A stretch of 64,000 nucleotides of DNA from NCBI GenBank assembly GCA_030141605.1, contig JAQGDQ010000198.1, forward strand, positions 1 through 64,000. The letters are read 5' to 3'. This stretch comes from Tubiluchus corallicola. Taxonomy: Eukaryota > Animalia > Priapulida. Position 1 is the first letter of the stretch. The number at the start of each line of letters is the position of its first letter. Position numbers and translations under genes: made by a program. Under the pieces are notes generated by a model that was given only the letters and a program-made list of their open reading frames with translations, made no database searches and had not been told where the DNA came from. This document shows positions 52,801-64,000 of the stretch, piece after piece.

Positions 52801-55800
52801 TTTTGCATAAAAATAAGAGTAGAAATGGAATGGCTTCAACTGTCTTAAAGAAGCCAAGAGAAATTAACTCTAATACAAAATAGTCATTTTACTGTATGAT
52901 TGCATAAATGTTTATTGGCTTTTCTTCATCAATTGCAGCTGAGCTGTAGTCAAAGCAACACAAAAATTTATCCCTGGGTCATAACCAAACTTCTGATGAG
53001 CAAATAGGAATGAATACTATATTAGCAAAAACAAGTTTTACTGGGCTTGTGCTACTACTGTTAAAACATCCTTGATAAAAATTGAACTTGAGAAGCGAAC
53101 ACATTCAAACACCACAAAACACAGTACTCTTTTAAATTCATAGATATGCAAAGCTAAACATGGCTTAATTTACAGGCCCACCAATGCTTCATATTCATGT
53201 GAACACAAATTTTTTGTCAAATGTGCAATATGCAAAACCACTGCTAGATTAATGGTTTATAGAGACTTCATTGAGACTTCATTTTAGAATGCAAAGGCAT
53301 TACCACTCGTACAAAAATATTTAAAGCTGCTTAATGCTTTAAAGCTTATTGTGACCACTATTGCTGGGAAAAAAATCGTATGATACATTAAATAGTAAAA
53401 TCCACAGTTCATTAAATCCTAACTTCATTTTGTAATCCAAATTGCACTCTGAGAAGACAACAAAATTGTCTTAAGACCACATGATTGTCCCGCATTTCCA
53501 ATTCAGCTATTTCAGCAATTTTGTTTTAAGCACATTTTAACACCTTTGCATTTTTTCACTTAATGACCTATAACAACAAAACTGGTGATGATAGCAACAA
53601 ACTGGGAATTACTGTATTAGCTGCTGAAATGCAACACGTGCTGGAAACACTTCACCATAAACTGCAGAACAGTGACAATTCAAACAGGCAAACTCACCGA
53701 ATTCAGACAAGACATTGAAACGCATCTTGGAAAAAATCTACTGAAACAGACTACACTGGACATATTTTGACTTTATACTTGCATGCTATATAATGGTAGA
53801 CCTATTGCATCTTCTTATGCATGTATACATAATTAGGTCAAACTGAAATGCCTAATCTAACTGAGAAGCGATTGCACACATGAGAACGTTGATGACCCAA
53901 ATATATGAATGCTGAATCATCGCTGATGTTGAAGTTATATGTATTGTAAATTTGTAAAATTGGCATGCAGTTTGTCACATGATTTAAAAGGTAATCGCAC
54001 CACAGATAAAGGATACATACTTTACATGAATTACTTTAATCATTAGAATCCTACTTTATTGGACTTACTGATTGTTAACAATCTGCACATTGTATCAAAC
54101 CTGCAGTCACATTCACCAATTGGCAAAAGTGACCACTTAGTTATATCATATAGCATCGAAGCTTCCTGGGAAGTAAAAATTACTAATCATAAGAAATATA
54201 ACTTTTACAGAGCAGATCATACAGCTATAAAAAACTACTTAAATTCAAAAGATTAGGATGTAATTTTTCGAGATAAAGATTTATTTACCTGCAACAGTGC
54301 ATTGGAGGAAACATGGCAAAATCAAGGCAACAGTACAAAACCAAAGTGGTTTAATAATGAAATAAAATTGAAACTTAGGCAGAAGAAAGCTGCATGGAAA
54401 AAATATCAAAGAACAGCTTCTCGTGACAATTATGAATGATACGCTCCAACTAGGAATGATGTTACAATATTAGTTAGAACAGTGAGAAGAAACTTTGAGC
54501 AAAAATTGTCAGAAGAATGTGGTAGTAATCCTAAAGCGTTCTGGGCATATGTAAATTCTAATTTAATGAAAAAAAAGAAGGAGTAAGATCCTAAAAAGAG
54601 AAAATGGTAGTATTGCCACTACTGATTAAGAAAAGGCTAATGAATTACAGAATTTTTTCACATCTGTTTATATAAACGAAGATACAATCCAAATTCCTCA
54701 ACTACTACCAGTAACTGAGTATAAACTTGATGTATGTAGCATCAGTGAATTAGAACTTAGAACAAAAGTTAAAAAAATGAAGGCTAATGAATCTATGGGC
54801 CCTGATGGAATCCATGCAAGCATAATGAAGAACAATGAAGATATCCTTATAAGTCCAATGCTACAAATAATGAACCAAAGTTTATCCAGTGGTATAATAC
54901 CACCGAGTTCGAAAATGGCCAGAGTTTCTGCTATCCACAAGAAAGGTGAAAAAGACTTAGCAAAAAATTACAGACCTATCAGTCTGACATCAGTTGTTTG
55001 TAAATTGCTAGAAGGAAAACAAAGGAATAAAATCTACAACTTCATTCCTGAACATTATCTCATTCGTGATAGTCAACACAGCTACAGAACTGGCAGATCT
55101 TGTATTACAAATCTATTAGTTTCACTTAAAGAATGGATGGATTTACTTGATAATAAAGGCGAAGTTGATGTTATCTTTTACGATTTTTTAAAAGCGTTTG
55201 ATCGAGTACCCCATCTGAGACTGCTTTAAAAACTTGAATCATACGGAATTTGTGGTCACCTGCTAACATGGATTAATAGTTTTCTCTGTGGGAGAAGGCA
55301 ATGTGTAGTAGTCAATGGGCAAGAATCAGAATGGGCAAATGTGACCAACGATATACCACAGGGAAGTGTGCTTGGACCTATTTTACTTACTATTTACATA
55401 AATGATCTTCCTGAAGTTTTCAACTGCGGTAAAACCCTGTTTGCAGACGACATTAAAATATATGGAAAAGCATGTTGCCTGGTTGATTTTGAGATCATGC
55501 AGAATAATATTAACTATGATGAGCAATGGTGTCGCCAATGGCAAATGGAATTTAACACCGAAAAATGTAAGCTCCTGACTATTGGAAGGCATGATATTGC
55601 AGGTCGAACATATAAAATGGCACATGGACAAAGTTCTACAGAAATTATAAGCGTCACAGAAGAAAAAGATCTGGGTATTACCATTTACAGTATGCTTAAT
55701 TTTCAAACACATATAAACAACGTTGTTAATAAAGCACATGGAAGACTGACTTTAATCAAAGGTAGTTTCTCTTATCTTGATGGATCTATGATGACCAAAC

Positions 55801-56496
55801 TATATAAATCAATGGTTTGCCCTATATTGGATTATGGTGATCTGATATGGAGCCCAAATCGTCAAGACATGATAAGGAAAATTGAAAGTATACAACGTCG
55901 AGCTACCAAGACTCGTACCTGCTGTTTCTCATTCACCATATGCTGCAAGACTTAAGAGTCTAGACCTTAGAACTCTGAAGTACAGATGCAAAAGACAATA
56001 TTTAATCCAAACATTTCATATCCTTAAAGGTATAAAAACCATCAACAGCGAAATATTTTTCCATCGACAGACATACCATGGTACAAGAATTCACTCCTAC
56101 AAAATTAAGAAGAGAACAGTTTCCCAAAGGTGGAGTAGGAGGTTCACATTTGCAAGGCGAGTACTTAATGAGTGGAACACACTGCCTGACACTGTAGTCC
56201 AAACCTCCAATCCTGCACAGTTTAAGTCTCGTCTCGATAGACACTGGAAATGCAATCCTGAAAAAATATACACCCCAGGTTGCCACAATGGCAACAAGAA
56301 AACTTGTGCTACGCTTCAAGATCGCAGTGTGGCCACCTATTTTGTTCATTTTTTATATTAATAGGGTAAACAAGGAAGAGTGGAGAGTTCCATAATCTAT
56401 TTATGCTTAAAATCTATCCTTCAACGGTAACGGAAAGTGCGCGTGCGACGACTCTGATCACGTGAAATAAAACATCGCAATGCATTACCTTGTCAT
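49872..56496 (-). CDS. NAA50: N-alpha-acetyltransferase 50 (NatE catalytic subunit), complete, 5 coding exons, ~177 aa
   Basis: Exons 56496-56489 (ATGACAAG|gtaatg), 52741 (or 52753)-52602 (RIELGDVTPHNIKQLKRLNQVVFPVSYNDKFYKDVL), 52109-51990 (YNDIVVGAVCCR..YIMTLGCLAPYRRLGIG), 51216-51150, 50070-49872 (LHVQINNE..FYKKYGFEI..HYYKRIEPADA). Phases consistent, 534 nt. Confidence 0.97.
54048..56432 (+). mobile_element. Decayed, 5'-truncated CR1-group LINE in NAA50 intron 1 (antisense to host)
   Basis: Endonuclease C-terminus (LDLL..PIGKSDH); RT motifs GPDGIH, NYRPISLTS, KAFDRVPH, PQGSVLGP, FADD; C-terminal RVLNEWNTLP..FKSRLD; several stops and frameshifts; aacggt-like tail near 56423-56432. Confidence 0.93.
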
Positions 56497-56554
56497 ATTA
56501 TTTAGTTTTTCACGTTCTACAACCACCAGTATATGTGGCAAGTCATATCTTAAA

Positions 56555-56561
56555 CGCCATG
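56555..56561 (-). promoter_or_regulatory. YY1-like motif (CATGGCG) near the NAA50 start
   Basis: cgccatg about 60 bp upstream of the NAA50 ATG; motif match only. Confidence 0.3.
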
Positions 56562-57586
56562 AAAGAATCGGTGAACTATAATAAGTAAAAATAATAAATT
56601 ATAAAAGCAGTCATTAAATTGGCGCGAAGACTGACAAGACGGAAACACTTCGATTCCCATTGAACAGCTACAATTCATCCATCATAGAGATTGCTCGACT
56701 TCCTTGTGACTCTCACAATCATTTTTTCTATCTGAGCGAACTCAGCGAAGTACATCACCTAGCTTCAAGTTTCAAACAGCCTTATAGCTTTTAACTATAC
56801 TAACTGCCAAATATCATATAGAATAAAAAATCTTCAGTGCTTCAATAAGAATAATTATAAGAGTAGAATAATAAGACGATTTTTAAAGGAATTACCAACC
56901 TTCTTGGATGTTAGGGCTTGTCCCAATGTTTGCAAAAATATTAAAGGATATAGTTATAAAAGTGTGACAAATGCCTCATGCAATTAGTAAAATTGTTTTA
57001 AAATCCCATTCATTTCATGTTTAGGCGCTCCTTCCTTGAACATCCGTTCTTCCACCAGTAACATACAATAAGTGTTAACAATAAATTAGATAACTAATTT
57101 TGTGGTATTTTTGCATAAACATTGGGCAAACTGCAGAAGCTTGGACTCGTTTAAGCAGCACGTTGCCTAAAATCACAAAGTCCACCAATTGCATCATAAT
57201 GACGGCTACTACTATATGCCTGAAAATGTTCATACTATAGCAGTAATCGAAATTAGCTTTGTGCTTTATGAAATTTAAAGTTTTATTGTAAGGAAACCCA
57301 TCTCACGTTTGCAAACAGTAAATTTCCACAGGTTGTTAAAGTTAAATAAAAATCAATAATTTTAGACAGCAGGGAACTACACATAACATTTAAACTTTTA
57401 AACATTAAGTATTATTATGTTTCAATATTTTACTGTCAGCAATCTTCTTCAGGTCATAAGGTTGTAAGGGGTATACAGTTACAATTTTTTGTTATGATTG
57501 TGCATGCTTGTTTGATTTTTTTATACATTGTAAACTGATAAGTATAACTGCATGATGAAATTTTTCTATATTTTTTGTTATGACAC

Positions 57587-57715
57587 AGTCAGTAACTAAA
57601 TAAAAAAGTATTTAATTAATATAATTTTAAATATTTATAGATAGATAGATATAGATAGGTAATATATATACAATGATGAAATTAAATTAAATACTTTTTT
57701 ATTTAGTTACTGACT
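57587..57715. mobile_element. Short hairpin MITE with 31-bp perfect TIRs (Tc1/mariner-like CAGT end)
   Basis: agtcagtaactaaataaaaaagtatttaatt ... aattaaatacttttttatttagttactgact. Confidence 0.75.
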
Positions 57716-59284
57716 ATATCCACAGATCGGGATGGTGATTGTGCATAACTTTTTCATTTACAATACCAAATGAATAGTAAGTTAAATTGCATGTCATTAT
57801 TTCCGACGTTTATTGAATTATCATTAATTAACGTTCATATATAGCATGATCTGCATAATATCGTACACAGATATACTTTACTTTTTCTTCTAATGTATAT
57901 AGTTTACTATATCCTTCTAATATATATATATATACTGGAATGTATGTACTATACTAATATTAAAAAAGATAATATATAGGCCCTATACTTCGGAAAATAT
58001 ACATTTAATAGCATTGTATACTACTAATTTAAAACTCAGTTTGAGGTGGCTGATTCGATGACTAATGTATTTTGCCACCCCTTTGCATTTGTTTGGCTTT
58101 TTAATTTATATTTTATTTTCTATGTATTATTATTAGGAAAATAAATGATTTGATAAAGAGTTTTAGAATAAAATTTTTACACTTTGTAAGAACCCGAGCA
58201 GTTTGCTACCTGTACACAGGACTTAAATGGATTTGGCATTAAATCTTGTGTGTACAATGTTTGCTAAAATGTCAGATCAACTTTATCACATAATTATACA
58301 CGATCCCAGTAATTTATCCACATGCCAATCTGCTTATTCAAGAACTTATATAATTAGTACTTCAATTATAAATATTTGTAAACGTTGGCGTATAATTAAT
58401 GGTGCAGCAGTTTTTGACTGCTCTGGGTTATTCTTGAATTTTGATTAAGTATGTCTGGAAATCAGGCGTTATCAGTGGCATAACTCGCAGTCGCGTGTTT
58501 TTTACTTTACTACACTTGTCGAAAGTCTTGTTAACTATTTGGGTAAGCAGAAGCTAATAATTGATACAAAGGGGACAAATTTATATGCAAATAATTTATA
58601 CATGTATATGATAAATTTTAAACAGTAGCTTCGGAGAACAATACGTCCATTTGACTGCTCAGTGGTTGCCGTATACGAATTGTGTGGAGTGTTCATCGGT
58701 GGATTATACCTTGGAGGAGTCTACGTGGGTCGGTGGAGCGTCTGCAGAGGAGTGTAACTAATGGCAAGGTGTACACTTTGCTGATGTACACTCTATCAAC
58801 GTATCGTCAGATGTAGATAAATGTATTTATCTCTTGTAATACACGGAAAATCAAGTACATAGCAAAATAAGTTATTAGTAGTTAGAGAAAGGGTGGCGAA
58901 AAAACCCTAAGAGGTTAGCAAATCAGTCACCCTTACTTAATTAAAATTAGTGCAAAAGAATCTAGCGACAATTTAAGCCAGGATAAAACAAAGAAAATTC
59001 TTCCTGTCAAACTGAAAAAAATTTAATAATGAAGAAATGGTAACAAAAACATTAATAAATTACTTTTATTAAGTGGCAAAGCAATATAAAAATAAAAAAA
59101 ACAAACATAAGCAAAACAGGTAGAGAAACAAAACAAAAACTATCAGAAGTGAATAAGCATATAAAGTTACAATAAATAATAATGGATATAAAGATAAGCA
59201 TATTTAAGGAGTGAAAACTGAAATAAGCACTGAAAACATAAACTGAGGGAATCAATTCAGCAAAAAGGATAATAATAATCATAA

Positions 59285-62160
59285 TCTTCTTTATTTATCT
59301 TGCAATACACTTACAATTATAATACAATTAATTTTGAAAAAAAATTGTGAAGAAAGGGCAGCGAAAGACCAATTGGTCATCTAGTCAGCTGCCCTTTGGT
59401 TAGTGATGAACATTTTTACAAATGCTGTGCTACAGTGTATTAGTGTTAGTACTGCTTGTTGTTAGAATTTAATTCTTACAAATGACATTAAATTGATTTG
59501 TTTATAACTTGTCATATATAATATATTAATACAATTCATACGCAGTAATAAAAAATCAAACAAGAACTGAAAATAAAAATCTGACAACGGAAAAATAAGA
59601 ATAATGGCAACTGAAATATACTTCATGACACAAGCATAGTATTTGACAGCCATAAATAAATTATCATGGAAATAATGGTACTGAAAATCAGGTGTATCTA
59701 CATCGGGCGTTAATTTTCATGCACAGGCATACAGAAATTATAATTTACATAACAAAAAGCTGATCATGTGGGAAAAAACAGCCGGAATAAAAAAAATACA
59801 TTGTAAACAATATTGTATGTTGTGTGTTATAGTTGTGCAGAAGCAAACGAATGTATAATTGAGTCGTTAAAAAATTACAGAGCAATTTTAGATGATCTGT
59901 GTTAAAATAACTAGGTACAGAAAATCACCTAGACTTTGCAAACTTGAAATTGATCTACCGAAGTTAGACAATAAACAAATTAAATATTGAAATTAATTGA
60001 ACCTGCTATAATAGTAATTGCTCTTGCATGCAGTTAGACAAATTATTGTAGTGGGCGAAAGGAATAAAAGTTGTTGGAAAAATACTGTAAGCCTGCATGT
60101 CGTTAATCTCAGTAATAAGTTTGCAAGGGTTGATATTTATATAATTTACTCAAGTGACAGATACTAATTGATTGCTTAAGATCGTCCGAAAGGGTATTCC
60201 ATAGAATTGTACTATTGTGTTTTGAAGTTTTTAGATCTCTGTTGTGTTAAATCTTTCCTGAAAATAATATTTAGTAGCTTGCACTCGTAGAATATTGCAC
60301 TAATCGTTCTGAAATAATTGCTGTATAATTTAGGTAGAATGCCCTTTTTATAATTGAACATAAATTTTGCTAACTCAAGCTTATAAATTTCATTTATTTT
60401 TAATAATTGCAAAGCATAATAAGAAGGGGTATCATGATATCGGAACCCAGCAGAAGTCCTTTTGTTTTGATAATTTTTTTATGTGCTGCTGTAAGTGGTT
60501 TCACAACAGATTTTTTTTGCTGTGTCCTACAACAAGGCACAATAGTCAATATGTGGGTGCACAATGGCAAAGTAAATCATTTTTAGGATATCCGTGCTCA
60601 AGCAATGCCTCAATTTATAAAATATAACTGTAACTTTGCTTACTTTGTAGGTAATATTTTTTGTGTGTTGGCCAATTAAGTGTGTCATCTACGTAAACTC
60701 CCAGATATTTTATGTCTGATACTTGTTCTAATAAACAGTCTTGCATGGATACTGTTATATTGGAGTTTTCATTGTTTTCAAATTTATTTCTTATGATCAT
60801 AAATTTTGTTTTATTATAGTTTACTGTTAACTTATTTGTTCACATCCATATGTTAATTTTGATCAGTTCTTCATTACTTCTAAGCTCGAGATTATGTGTG
60901 TTGTTATCTACTAAGAAGAGGTTAGTGTCATCAGCAAAATGTCATGTTTGCATGTTAGTACAAAGAGGTAGGTCATTTATATATATCGGGAAAAGAAGTG
61001 GACCCAAGGTGGATCCTTTAGGTACACCACATTATATTGGGCATGGGTCGGAAGCAGAATTGTCAACTATGGTAAATTGGTGTCAGTTCGTAAGATATGA
61101 CTGAAATAGTTTTTGAGCGATTCCACGGATACCATAATAGTCCATTTTTTTGAGTAAAATGTCATGTTGAATGGTGTCAAATGCTTTTGTTATTGTCTAG
61201 GTTTGTCAGAAGATTGTCTATGATTTCAGCAGTTGCTAATATTGTGGAATGATTTTTGCGGAACCCGAATTGAAAACATGATATTATATCATTTTTTATT
61301 AAATATGTCATCAGACGTTTATATAAGAATGACTTAAAAATTTTAGCAATGGGTGATACAAGTGAGATGGGTCGATAGTTATTCAGCTCATTTGGGTCAT
61401 CTTTTTTATATATGGGGATTATTTTTGCCAGTTTTAAAGTGTCAGGGAATGTCCCAGTCAAAAGTGATGCATTAAACAGATTAGTAAGCGGAGCTAAAAT
61501 TATGTTTTTTGACATTTTGAAACATGTAATTTGGATGTCATAAGGGCTTTTGCTTTATTAGTCTATCAATTAGGATTTAGTCTATCACTAGTTTGCGAAA
61601 TCTCGAATTTTGTTGGGGATGCACCAGATAGTCTGTATACTTACAGTTTTTGGGTTGTGTTATGCGTGATGCCAATGATATACCAATGTTTGCAAAAAAA
61701 ACTGTTAAAAGCATTAGCTTCATGGTGCGGGTCACATGAAGTTGTGCCTTGGTAACAAGCTTTAGTAGGCATTATACTAGTTGTCTTTTTTAATTTTGAG
61801 AAGTTCATTGATAGTGCTCCAAGTTTGCTTCATGTTATTTTTGTTTGCAAGCAAGATCTGGGAGTAGTATTTCTTTTTGGATGCATGTTTGATGTGATTA
61901 ACTTTGTTAGAATATGTTTTATATAAATTTTTCTTATGCAATGAATTGGATTACTTATGTGTTACATGGCTTCTTGTTTTAATAGAATTGAGAATGCCGG
62001 GAGAGATCCAAGGTTTAGCTATAGTTTTTGAATTTTTACTTGATAATTTTGTTTACCATATTCGACGAGTAGTGTTTTTAATGAATCCATGAATTGTGAG
62101 CAGTAAGAGTGTATGTTTGCTTCGACATCATTCAGTGTTAGGTTACTTATATTAACTTGA
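59285..62160 (-). mobile_element. Decayed CR1/L2-group LINE including its probable 3' UTR
   Basis: Minus-strand RT fragments KLAKIIPIYKK..NYRPISL, FQFGFRKNHST, KAFDT, YYGIRG, GVPKGSTLGP, FADDTNL, KYLGV, QLLKINEIYKLE; 3' stem-loop at 59353-59397 followed by AATAAA and a short-repeat tail. The link between the coding part and this 3' end is inferred. Confidence 0.88.
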
Positions 62161-62403
62161 AGCTTGCTTATAATGTATGGTAAAGCTGAAATAAGCATAC
62201 AGCGAGAAAATCAAACTGAAATAACACTATAAACAATGAAACAGATTGTTTTGTGTGTAGTATTATAATAATTGGCAAAAACAAAAGCAAAAAACAAAAT
62301 CATAAACAAAGCAGCGACAAAATATCATTGTTGTTTAAGCATAGAAAGCAAGAGCTTGCAACCTGGAAGAAGATGCATCGTCAAGGTACGTCCTGCCGCA
62401 GTA

Positions 62404-62435
62404 CATGGCGACCACCAAAAAGTCAAATGCGCATG
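62404..62435 (+). promoter_or_regulatory. Candidate ACAT2 housekeeping promoter motifs (YY1-like CATGGCG, NRF1-like TGCGCATG)
   Basis: Locally GC-rich patch ~600 bp upstream of the ACAT2 ATG; motif match only. Confidence 0.3.
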
Positions 62436-62522
62436 AAGTTACCATGTAGTATTTAATTGTAAAACTATAATAGCACAAAGCTTCACGGTGTCAAAGTGAA
62501 GAACTTTTTAGTAAATCACTGT

Positions 62523-62754
62523 TAGGGGTGAGCATCGAACTTTCGAGTTTTTTTATGGACTTAAAATTCTAAACTTGAATAATTCAGCTCTTCAACTACA
62601 TACACCCTTTATCATTAAAATGTTTGAAATATCATGCAATCAGCACAGTTTAGCTGTGCGATTTTTGTACACAATTTTTAAACAAGTTAAATAATAATAA
62701 TAATTAGTGTTTTTACTGTAGAACATAATCAAGCGATGTGCATGATTTTGTGAG
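62523..62754. mobile_element. Truncated copy of the 14161-14587 hAT MITE
   Basis: taggggtgagcatcgaac start and collinear interior (gaataattcagc, tttatcattaaaa, tttagctgtg, gcatgat); right TIR missing. Confidence 0.8.
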
Positions 62755-63021
62755 ATCGCTGCTATATTAGTTACATTAGCAAGAAAGTGAGATTTATTTT
62801 CTAGAAACTACTTTACACTCATAACGAGATTAATCAAAACTTTTTACAATGCATTGTAAAATTTTATATGTGGTATCTTAAGTAGAAGGAATTTAAAATC
62901 CACTGTAAGTAAATGCAAGTCTTCCATAAAGCAAATTGTGGCAATTATTTGGCAACTGTAACATGTTTTATTTGCAGTACATCTGTCAGGAAAACTATTT
63001 GAATACTAAAAGGAAGAAAAC

Positions 63022-63789
63022 ATGACCGAAACAGTAATCGTTTCTGCCCTGCGTACACCTGTAGGTAAGAGTTGTAAAAAATTCATTTTTAATTCTTGTA
63101 TATTCAAACATCCGATTCTGCGTTTGTTGTGCTTCCTAACTAGTTGCACACTTAGTCGCATCAGTGGGGGTAATAGTTGTAATGTAAATTCCTTTGACTA
63201 CTTTTATAGATTATAGATAATTGAGTAACTTCTCATTTAATTAGAATCTAGTTAAACTTCTCATTTAATTAAAATTTAATCTTCCAATCCACCTAATTAA
63301 ATGATGTTAATTAGCTTGGCCTGAAATACCTTTATACAATTGTGATTAGAAGCACTCTGCGTTAAAAAATTTGCAGTTGCGGTTTGCTGCTGCACCTGCA
63401 GCACAGAAATTTTCAGTTTAGCACAGGGTCATTGCCATGTTTCTTAGCAATGTAACAGTTGACATAGAGCACAAAGTTACTTGCACTAATACATAAGTTC
63501 CTGAGTGAAATAAGTGCTTCTTTTACTGGCCTCCAGTACATGTAGGCCTACAATAGGCATATGGGGTGATACCTTGCAACATTTACTTTTCATGTGTTTC
63601 ATAAATTAGTGGTAATGACTCATAAATACTTTAACAACAACATTTTTATTGTAGGCAAATTAAATGGTGCTTTATCGGCGTTTTCGGCCCACGAGCTTGG
63701 CAGTTTAGCTATTAGTGAGGTTTTGAATGCTGCGAACATTCCACCATGTGATGTTTCAGAAGTTATTATGGGCCAAGTTTTAACAGCAG
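63022..63789 (+). CDS. ACAT2: Acetyl-CoA acetyltransferase, cytosolic (thiolase II), 3'-partial
   Basis: Exons 63022-63064 (MTETVIVSALRTPVG) and 63655-63789 (KLNGALSAFSAHELGSLAISEVL..DVSEVIMGQVLTAG), phase 1 junction; no mitochondrial presequence; gene continues past the window. Confidence 0.92.
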
Positions 63790-64000
63790 GTGAGTCTGTG
63801 CTGGAGAAAATGAAATTAAGGAATTTTAGTGTTATTATTTTCATGATTATTATGTAATTTATTCATTTGAGGAGATTAAATCTAAAGTTTCTTGGCCCAG
63901 AAATCTGGAATTCAATTCTAAGTCAGTTGAGGTAGCAAAAATGGCAGAAAAAATTTTTGCATGGAGTTAGCTAGTTCACTTCAAATGAGTTTGAATTATT

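Overview
AT-rich, intron-rich animal (probably invertebrate bilaterian) genomic DNA; no prokaryotic features. I assembled five protein-coding genes by hand from GT-AG exons with consistent phases: (1) the 3' two-thirds of an SLC7 L-type amino-acid transporter light chain (+, 921-18799); (2) a FAM166/C10orf82-like PGYxGHVP-repeat ciliary microtubule inner protein gene largely missed by the ORF track (-, 25695-30243); (3) a complete Rh-type ammonium transporter (+, 33258-48308, 511 aa); (4) a complete NAA50 (-, 49872-56496); (5) the 5' end of a cytosolic thiolase ACAT2 (+, from 63022). Introns and intergenic DNA carry many non-autonomous DNA transposons (hAT, a TTAA-flanked Kolobok-like element, Tc1/mariner-like MITEs), two decayed CR1-group LINEs, a 5S-rRNA-headed SINE with RTE-like body and tail, and long microsatellites. 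The most interesting structure is a candidate mutually exclusive splicing module in the SLC7 gene: two paralogous 100-nt exons (9291-9390, 10995-11094), a long G-U-tolerant intronic RNA duplex joining the first exon's donor to the second exon's acceptor region, and a cluster of four TGCATG (Rbfox) sites upstream. All family assignments come from recognised motifs, not database searches.
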